Part shown: positions 25,778 through 32,000 of the stretch, in pieces
Position numbering within the stretch: the stretch's first letter is position 1
How the letters are laid out: each line of letters begins with the position of its first letter
Sequence record: NC_015274.1
DNA from: Streptococcus phage Dp-1
Length of the DNA stretch: 32,000 nucleotides
Strand: one strand, 5' to 3'
Notes under the pieces: generated by a model
Database searches by the model: none
What the model was told of the DNA's origin: nothing
What the model saw: only the letters and a program-made list of their open reading frames with translations
Made by a program: the position numbers and the translations under genes

Positions 25778-26738
25778 CTGGGAAAAGGCTATTCATGAAA
25801 ATAATATTCGTCTAACCCTTGAACAGGAACAAGCTGTACTGAAAGCCTTCAGCGATGCAGGAACTGATTTAATTGCAAAGATTAAAAAGTCTCGAAATGG
25901 ATACTTGCCTAAAAGAATCTATAAAGACTACGCTTACGACCTGCACGCTGTTCTTGTTCAACTAATGACTGAATACTCTCATAAGGCGGCAATGAACGCA
26001 GTAGATGGCCAGGTAGTTCATATTCTACAAGTATTAGCAGAAGATGGAAATGCTACGGCTGAAAAGTTCGAAAAGGAAGTCAGGGCTGCATCTTTAGTAT
26101 TTTCACGAAGAGCAGCCGAGGCAGTTGTCAAAGGTGAAATCTATAAGGACGGCAAAAACCTCTCGAAACGTGTTTGGTCTTCAGCCGCACGCGCAGGAAA
26201 TGATGTTCAACAAATAGTCACACAAGGCCTAGCAAGTGGAATGTCTGCTACAGATATGGCTAAAATGCTCGAGAAATATATCGACCCTAAGGTTCGAAAA
26301 GATTGGGACTTTGATAAGATAGCTGAGAAGCTAGGGAAACCTGCTGCTCATAAATATCAAAATCTCGAATACAATGCCCTTCGACTTGCTCGAACTACCA
26401 TTAGCCATTCCGCCACAGCTGGAGTGAGACAATGGGGCAAGGTTAATCCTTATGCTCGAAAAGTTCAATGGCATTCTGTTCACGCTCCAGGTCGAACGTG
26501 TCAAGCGTGTATCGATTTAGATGGTGAAGTATTTCCTATCGAAGAATGTCCTTTCGACCATCCTAATGGAATGTGCTACCAAACTGTATGGTACGAAAAC
26601 TCACTCGAAGAAATCGCTGATGAGTTGAGAGGCTGGGTAGACGGAGAACCTAATGATGTATTAGACGAATGGTACGACGATTTAAGTTCAGGAAAAGTTG
26701 AGAAATACAGCGACCTCGACTTTGTTAAAAGTTATTAG
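25743..26738 (+). CDS. Minor head protein (SPP1 gp7 / Mu gpF-like)
   Basis: TTG start with SD aaggagataa; RLARTTISHSATAGVRQWGKVNPYARKVQWHSVHAPGRTCQACIDLDGEVFPIEECPFDHPNGMC. Confidence 0.83.
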   Translation: MKNEKKNGYLYSWEKAIHENNIRLTLEQEQAVLKAFSDAGTDLIAKIKKSRNGYLPKRIYKDYAYDLHAVLVQLMTEYSHKAAMNAVDGQVVHILQVLAEDGNATAEKFEKEVRAASLVFSRRAAEAVVKGEIYKDGKNLSKRVWSSAARAGNDVQQIVTQGLASGMSATDMAKMLEKYIDPKVRKDWDFDKIAEKLGKPAAHKYQNLEYNALRLARTTISHSATAGVRQWGKVNPYARKVQWHSVHAPGRTCQACIDLDGEVFPIEECPFDHPNGMCYQTVWYENSLEEIADELRGWVDGEPNDVLDEWYDDLSSGKVEKYSDLDFVKSY

Positions 26739-26766
26739 GCTCGGTTCAATACCGAGTCTTTTTGTC
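26738..26766 (+). terminator. Rho-independent terminator
   Basis: GGCTCGGT-tcaat-ACCGAGTC-TTTTT. Confidence 0.85.
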
Positions 26767-26800
26767 TATAAATTGTCTAATTTCGAGAACCTTCGAAAAG

Positions 26801-26830
26801 TAGTAAAATGATATTCAGTTATGTTATAAT
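26801..26830 (+). promoter_or_regulatory. Promoter with extended -10 (TGtTATAAT)
   Basis: TGTTATAATATAAG at 26822-26835; weak -35 TAGTAA. Confidence 0.6.
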
Positions 26831-26836
26831 ATAAGT

Positions 26837-26942
26837 TGAAAAGGAACCTTGTCGCCTTAATGACTCGAAATTGGTTTCACTGTTCCAATTAAATAAAAAC
26901 AGCAGATTCAGCCGGAGGGCGGAAAACTCAGGAGGAAAATAA
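26837..26942 (+). promoter_or_regulatory. Long, possibly structured 5' leader of the scaffold/capsid operon
   Basis: ~105 nt between promoter and ATG; hairpin AATTGG (26869-26874)/CCAATT (26885-26890), nested GGAAC/GTTCC alternative, GC-rich gccggagggcgg. Confidence 0.4.
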
Positions 26943-27611
26943 ATGGCTTATCAATTAGAAGACTTGTTAAAAGGTCTAGATGAACCAACTATCAAACAGG
27001 TGAAGGAAATTATTTCGAAAACTTCGAAAGAACTCGATGCTAAAATTTTCATTGACGGCGACGGTCAACATTTTGTACCTCACGCACGTTTCGATGAAGT
27101 TGTTCAACAGCGCGATGCAGCTAACGGCTCAATTAATTCTTATAAAGAACAAGTCGCGACGCTTTCTAAACAGGTCAAAGATAACGGTGATGCGCAGACC
27201 ACTATCCAAAACCTTCAAGAGCAACTCGACAAGCAGTCTCAACTTGCAAAAGGCGCTGTGATTACTTCAGCTCTTCATCCGTTGATTAGTGACTCCATTG
27301 CTCCAGCAGCAGACATTCTTGGATTTATGAACCTTGACAACATTACGGTCGAAAGTGACGGTAAAGTTAAAGGTCTTGATGAAGAGTTGAAAGCTGTTCG
27401 TGAGTCTCGTAAATACTTATTCAAAGAAGTCGAAGTTCCCGCAGAACAAGAGGCTCAAGCTAAGTCGCCAGCCGGGACTGGAAATTTAGGAAATCCAGGT
27501 CGTGTCGGTGGTGGTGTTCCCGAACCTCGTGAAATCGGCTCTTTTGGTAAGCAACTTGCTGCTGCTCAACAAACGGCAGGAGCACAAGAACAATCATCAT
27601 TCTTTAAATAA
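26943..27611 (+). CDS. Scaffold protein
   Basis: Helical/coiled protein (QRDAANGSINSYKEQVATLSKQVKDNGDAQTTIQNLQEQLDKQ) between minor head protein and capsid genes. Confidence 0.8.
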   Translation: MAYQLEDLLKGLDEPTIKQVKEIISKTSKELDAKIFIDGDGQHFVPHARFDEVVQQRDAANGSINSYKEQVATLSKQVKDNGDAQTTIQNLQEQLDKQSQLAKGAVITSALHPLISDSIAPAADILGFMNLDNITVESDGKVKGLDEELKAVRESRKYLFKEVEVPAEQEAQAKSPAGTGNLGNPGRVGGGVPEPREIGSFGKQLAAAQQTAGAQEQSSFFK

Positions 27612-27626
27612 TAGGAGGAACTAACT

Positions 27627-28004
27627 ATGCCTAATGTGCGAGTTAAGAAAACTGATTTTAATCAAACCACTCGAAGCATTGTCGCAATTCCTGACCACTA
27701 CGTTGCTTTGGCTGCTCAAATTCCAGCTACCGCAGCAACTCAAGTAGGGAACAAGAAATACATTCTTGCCGGAACTTGCGTGAAAAATGCTACTACATTT
27801 GAAGGACGCAAAACTGGACTCGAAGTAGTATCTACCGGTGAACAATTCGACGGAGTTATCTTCGCTGACCAAGAAGTGTTTGAAGGTGAAGAAAAAGTAA
27901 CCGTGACAGTATTAGTTCACGGATTCGTCAAATATGCAGCCCTTCGAAAAGTTGGCGATGCTGTGCCTGAATCTAAAAACGCAATGATTCTTGTCGTTAA
28001 ATAG
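27627..28004 (+). CDS. Putative head protein / capsid decoration
   Basis: 125 aa, position directly before the major capsid protein. Confidence 0.5.
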   Translation: MPNVRVKKTDFNQTTRSIVAIPDHYVALAAQIPATAATQVGNKKYILAGTCVKNATTFEGRKTGLEVVSTGEQFDGVIFADQEVFEGEEKVTVTVLVHGFVKYAALRKVGDAVPESKNAMILVVK

Positions 28005-28016
28005 GAGGAATTATAG

Positions 28017-29096
28017 ATGAATATTTATGATTATATCAACGCAGGGGAGATTGCTAGCTACATTCAAGCACTTCCTTCAAACGCTCTTCAATACCTTGGA
28101 CCAACTCTTTTCCCTAATGCTCAACAAACAGGGACAGACATTTCATGGCTCAAGGGTGCAAATAATTTGCCAGTAACTATCCAGCCATCTAACTACGACG
28201 CGAAAGCAAGTCTTCGTGAACGTGCTGGATTTAGCAAACAAGCTACTGAGATGGCATTCTTCCGTGAGTCTATGCGACTTGGTGAAAAAGACCGTCAAAA
28301 CTTGCAAATGCTATTGAACCAAAGTTCAGCTCTTGCCCAACCACTTATCACTCAACTCTATAATGATACTAAGAACCTTGTAGACGGTGTTGAAGCGCAA
28401 GCAGAATACATGCGTATGCAATTGCTTCAATACGGTAAATTCACTGTCAAATCAACTAACAGCGAGGCTCAATACACTTACGACTACAACATGGATGCTA
28501 AGCAACAATATGCAGTCACTAAGAAATGGACTAACCCAGCTGAAAGTGACCCTATCGCTGACATTTTAGCAGCAATGGATGACATCGAAAATCGTACAGG
28601 TGTTCGCCCTACTCGAATGGTCTTGAACCGAAACACTTATAACCAAATGACTAAGAGTGACTCTATCAAGAAAGCTCTTGCAATTGGTGTTCAAGGTTCT
28701 TGGGAAAACTTCTTGCTTCTTGCAAGTGACGCTGAGAAATTCATCGCTGAAAAAACAGGTCTTCAAATCGCTGTCTACTCTAAGAAAATTGCTCAGTTCG
28801 CTGACGCTGACAAACTTCCTGACGTTGGTAACATTCGTCAGTTCAACTTGATTGACGACGGTAAAGTGGTATTGCTTCCACCTGACGCAGTTGGTCACAC
28901 TTGGTACGGTACTACTCCAGAAGCATTCGACTTGGCTTCAGGCGGAACAGACGCTCAAGTTCAAGTTCTTTCAGGCGGACCTACCGTTACAACTTATCTT
29001 GAAAAACATCCTGTCAACATTGCAACAGTTGTATCAGCTGTTATGATTCCATCATTCGAAGGAATTGACTATGTAGGAGTTCTCACAACTAATTAG
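28017..29096 (+). CDS. Major capsid protein (gpE-like family)
   Basis: NIYDYINAGEIASYIQALPSNALQYLGPTLFP, RMQLLQYGKF, RTGVRPTRMVLNRNTYNQM. Confidence 0.88.
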   Translation: MNIYDYINAGEIASYIQALPSNALQYLGPTLFPNAQQTGTDISWLKGANNLPVTIQPSNYDAKASLRERAGFSKQATEMAFFRESMRLGEKDRQNLQMLLNQSSALAQPLITQLYNDTKNLVDGVEAQAEYMRMQLLQYGKFTVKSTNSEAQYTYDYNMDAKQQYAVTKKWTNPAESDPIADILAAMDDIENRTGVRPTRMVLNRNTYNQMTKSDSIKKALAIGVQGSWENFLLLASDAEKFIAEKTGLQIAVYSKKIAQFADADKLPDVGNIRQFNLIDDGKVVLLPPDAVGHTWYGTTPEAFDLASGGTDAQVQVLSGGPTVTTYLEKHPVNIATVVSAVMIPSFEGIDYVGVLTTN

Positions 29097-29107
29097 GAGG
29101 TCGCTAT

Positions 29108-29449
29108 ATGGCTACATTGAAAGCTCTTAGCACCTTAATCGTTTCCGGAGCAGTAGTGCATTCAGGGTCGGTATTTTCTTGCCCTGAAGCGCTTGCTTCG
29201 TCTTTAATTGAACGCAATTTTGCGTTCGAGATTAAGGCGGCTGAAGATGGAGAAACGGTAGAAACTGTTCCTCAAACAATTGAATCAGTTGAAGAAATTG
29301 ACGAAGTTGAACAAATGCGCGAAGAGTATGCGGCTAAAACCGTTCCTGAGCTCGTTGAATTAGCAAGAGCTAATGGAATTGACATTTCTTCAATTTCTCG
29401 AAAAAGCGAATATATCGACGCTTTAATTAAGTACGAACTAGGAGAGTAA
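29108..29449 (+). CDS. Hypothetical head-region protein with HeH/SAP-like C-terminus
   Basis: KTVPELVELARANGIDISSISRKSEYIDALIKYE resembles a HeH/LEM motif. Confidence 0.65.
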   Translation: MATLKALSTLIVSGAVVHSGSVFSCPEALASSLIERNFAFEIKAAEDGETVETVPQTIESVEEIDEVEQMREEYAAKTVPELVELARANGIDISSISRKSEYIDALIKYELGE

Positions 29450-29450
29450 A

Positions 29451-29768
29451 ATGGCAGCTCAAACGGACATTGAATTAGTCAAAATCAATATCGATAACGA
29501 TAATTCTCCGTCACCAATGACTGACCAAAGTATCTCAGCTCTTTTAGACAAGCATAAATCTGTCGCCTATGTTAGTTATATGATTTGCTTAATGAAGACC
29601 CGGAATGACGTGGTAACCCTTGGACCTATCAGTCTAAAAGGTGACGCAGACTACTGGAAACAAATGGCGCAATTCTATTATGACCAATATAAGCAAGAAC
29701 AGCTTGAAACTGATGAAAAGTCGAACGCTGGTTCGACAATCTTAATGAAAAGGGCTGATGGGACATGA
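29451..29768 (+). CDS. Putative head-tail connector protein
   Basis: Size and position after capsid genes. Confidence 0.6.
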   Translation: MAAQTDIELVKINIDNDNSPSPMTDQSISALLDKHKSVAYVSYMICLMKTRNDVVTLGPISLKGDADYWKQMAQFYYDQYKQEQLETDEKSNAGSTILMKRADGT

Positions 29769-30154
29769 GTTATGACGTGAATTATGTTAAGAATCAAGTT
29801 CGTAGAGCCATTGAAACCGCTCCTACTAAAATCAAGGTACTTCGAAACTCTTGGGTCAGTGATGGATATGGAGGAAAGAAAAAGGATAAAGCGAATGAAG
29901 TCGTAGCAGACGACCTTGTTTGTTTAGTTGATAATTCAACTGTTCCTGACCTTTTAGCCAATTCTACTGACGCGGGAAAAATTTTTGCCCAAAATGGAGT
30001 GAAAATTTTCATTCTATATGATGAAGGCAAAATCATTCAACGAGCCGATACTATCGAAATTAAAAACTCAGGAAGACGGTACAGGGTAGTAGAAACCCAC
30101 AATCTTCTCGAGCAAGACATTTTGATAGAACTTAAATTGGAGGTGAACGACTAA
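29765..30154 (+). CDS. Putative head-tail stopper protein
   Basis: Size, position, IIQRADTIEIKNSGRRYRVVETHNL. Confidence 0.6.
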   Translation: MSYDVNYVKNQVRRAIETAPTKIKVLRNSWVSDGYGGKKKDKANEVVADDLVCLVDNSTVPDLLANSTDAGKIFAQNGVKIFILYDEGKIIQRADTIEIKNSGRRYRVVETHNLLEQDILIELKLEVND

Positions 30155-30507
30155 TGTCTCAGCCTGAATTAGTATGGAAGCCTGAAGAATTTGTTAGTAA
30201 CTGTGAACGGTATCGAAACAAGTTTCAAGTCGCTGTCATAACAGTCTGCGAAGTCGCTGCTACTAAGATGGAAGAATACGCAAAGACGCATGCTATTTGG
30301 ACAGACCGTACAGGGAATGCTCGACAGAAACTCAAAGGAGAAGCTGCTTGGGTAAGCGCAGACCAAATCATGATAGCTGTATCACATCACATGGACTACG
30401 GGTTTTGGCTAGAACTAGCTCATGGTCGAAAATACAAAATTCTCGAACAGGCTGTAGAAGACAATGTCGAAGAACTTTTTAGAGCGTTGAGAAGGTTATT
30501 AGACTAG
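30154..30507 (+). CDS. HK97 gp10-like protein
   Basis: HAIWTDRTGNARQKLKGEAAW...HHMDYGFWLELAHGRKYKIL. Confidence 0.82.
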   Translation: MSQPELVWKPEEFVSNCERYRNKFQVAVITVCEVAATKMEEYAKTHAIWTDRTGNARQKLKGEAAWVSADQIMIAVSHHMDYGFWLELAHGRKYKILEQAVEDNVEELFRALRRLLD

Positions 30508-30509
30508 GA

Positions 30510-30893
30510 GTGAACATGACTAAACGAACGACAATGATGGACAGATTGAAGGAAATTCTTCCTACATTTCAGCTCTCGCCTGCTCCTATGCTTCCAGGAG
30601 TTGAATTTGACGAGCAAGATACAGATAGGCCGGATGACTACATTGTTCTTCGATATAGTCATAGAATGCCCAGCGCAACAAATAGCCTAGGAAGTTTTGC
30701 TTATTGGAAAGTTCAAATCTACGTCCATTCAAACTCAATTATTGGTATCGACGAATATAGCAGAAAGGTTCGAAACATTATCAAGGACATGGGCTACGAA
30801 GTAACCTATGCAGAAACTGGTGACTACTTCGACACAATGCTTTCTAGATACCGACTAGAAATCGAATATAGAATTCCACAAGGAGGAAACTAA
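30510..30893 (+). CDS. Putative tail completion/terminator protein
   Basis: Position and size between gp10-like and major tail protein. Confidence 0.6.
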   Translation: MNMTKRTTMMDRLKEILPTFQLSPAPMLPGVEFDEQDTDRPDDYIVLRYSHRMPSATNSLGSFAYWKVQIYVHSNSIIGIDEYSRKVRNIIKDMGYEVTYAETGDYFDTMLSRYRLEIEYRIPQGGN

Positions 30894-30895
30894 TA

Positions 30896-31675
30896 ATGAG
30901 TAAAGACATTCTTTACGGAATCAAGCTCGTGCAAATCGAGGAGCTTGACCCATTGACTCAGTTGCCAAAAGTCGGCGGAGCTAACTTTGTCGTAGATACG
31001 GCAGAAACAGCAGAACTCGAAGCCGTGACCTCGGAGGGAACTGAAGATGTGAAACGCAATGACACGCGCATTCTTGCTATCGTGCGTACTCCAGACCTTT
31101 TATACGGTTATGACTTAACATTCAAGGACAACACGTTTGACCCTGAAATCATGGCCCTAATTGAAGGTGGTACAGTACGTCAACAAGGCGGAACTATTGC
31201 TGGATACGACACCCCAATGCTTGCACAAGGTGCTTCTAATATGAAACCATTTAGAATGAACATCTATGTGCCAAACTATGTAGGTGACTCAATTGTCAAC
31301 TACGTGAAAATCACTTTGAATAACTGTACCGGTAAAGCTCCAGGGCTTTCAATCGGGAAAGAGTTCTACGCTCCTGAGTTCAACATCAAGGCACGTGAAG
31401 CAACCAAAGCAGGTTTGCCAGTTAAGTCAATGGACTATGTGGCACAACTTCCAGCGGTTCTTCGTCGCGTGACATTCGATTTGAACGGTGGAACAGGAAC
31501 CGCCGACGCAGTTCGAGTTGAAGCAGGTAAGAAGATTTCTCCAAAACCAGTTGACCCTACCTTAACAGGTAAGGCTTTCAAAGGCTGGAAAGTTGAAGGA
31601 GAATCAACTATTTGGGACTTCGACAACCACATGATGCCTGACCGAGACGTCAAACTCGTAGCACAATTTGCATAG
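30896..31675 (+). CDS. Major tail protein with C-terminal InlB B-repeat/Flg_new-like domain
   Basis: Phi13-type tail tube-like N-terminus; C-terminus VTFDLNGGTGTADAVRVEAGKKI...FKGWKVEGESTIWDFDNHMMPDRDVKLVAQF. Confidence 0.83.
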   Translation: MSKDILYGIKLVQIEELDPLTQLPKVGGANFVVDTAETAELEAVTSEGTEDVKRNDTRILAIVRTPDLLYGYDLTFKDNTFDPEIMALIEGGTVRQQGGTIAGYDTPMLAQGASNMKPFRMNIYVPNYVGDSIVNYVKITLNNCTGKAPGLSIGKEFYAPEFNIKAREATKAGLPVKSMDYVAQLPAVLRRVTFDLNGGTGTADAVRVEAGKKISPKPVDPTLTGKAFKGWKVEGESTIWDFDNHMMPDRDVKLVAQFA

Positions 31676-31698
31676 AAATTTAGAAAGAAGGGTCTGTT

Positions 31699-32000
31699 AT
31701 GACTAATATTATCACAGCTGAGCAGTTTAAGCAACTTGCATTTCAAATCATCGCACTTCCAGGATTTTCAAAAGGTAGTGAACCTATCCATGTTAAAATT
31801 CGAGCAGCAGGTGTCATGAACCTAATCGCTAACGGGAAAATCCCTAATACGCTTTTAGGTAAAGTGACAGAACTGTTTGGAGAAACTTCGACAGTCACTA
31901 AAGACAATGCTAGTCTAGCATCAATTACTGACCAACAGAAGAAAGAAGCGCTCGACCGATTGAACAAAACCGATACCGGTATTCAAGACATGGCTGAACT
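31699..32000 (+). CDS. Putative tail assembly chaperone (incomplete at window end)
   Basis: ORF open to the end, MTNIITAEQFKQLAFQIIALPGFSKGSEPIHVKIRAAGVMNLIANGKIPN; follows the major tail gene. Confidence 0.6.
   Translation, partial: MTNIITAEQFKQLAFQIIALPGFSKGSEPIHVKIRAAGVMNLIANGKIPNTLLGKVTELFGETSTVTKDNASLASITDQQKKEALDRLNKTDTGIQDMAE

Noticed and set aside
1-32000. Lysogeny genes (integrase, repressor) or tRNA genes
   Set aside because: None recognised in this window; consistent with a virulent phage, but the rest of the genome is not visible.

Overview
The window is a 32 kb segment of a siphovirus of a low-GC Gram-positive (streptococcal) host. From recalled gene order and content it resembles pneumococcal phage Dp-1; I could not run a database check. 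Modules in order: (1) a 7-deazaguanine operon, queF-queC-queD-queE-folE-queT-dpdA-like (131-4728), with a candidate preQ1-I-type riboswitch in its leader; (2) a replication/recombination block with a sliding clamp, a Cas4/AddB-type nuclease, a RecU-like resolvase, a dUTPase, a RecA-like recombinase and three clamp-loader subunits (gamma/tau, delta-prime and delta), plus an HD-domain protein and small proteins (4852-16284); (3) a leftward accessory/early block of small, mostly unknown genes, including an ADP-ribosyltransferase-like protein and a DUF2786-like protein (16308-20662); (4) a ~0.85 kb non-coding region carrying a regular iteron-like array of TCGAAAA units (21134-21370); (5) packaging, head and tail genes (21512 to the end). 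The signals I rank highest are the iteron-like array, the candidate riboswitch on a phage preQ1 operon, no GATC found in a by-eye scan alongside TCGA excess, and two families of near-identical promoters.
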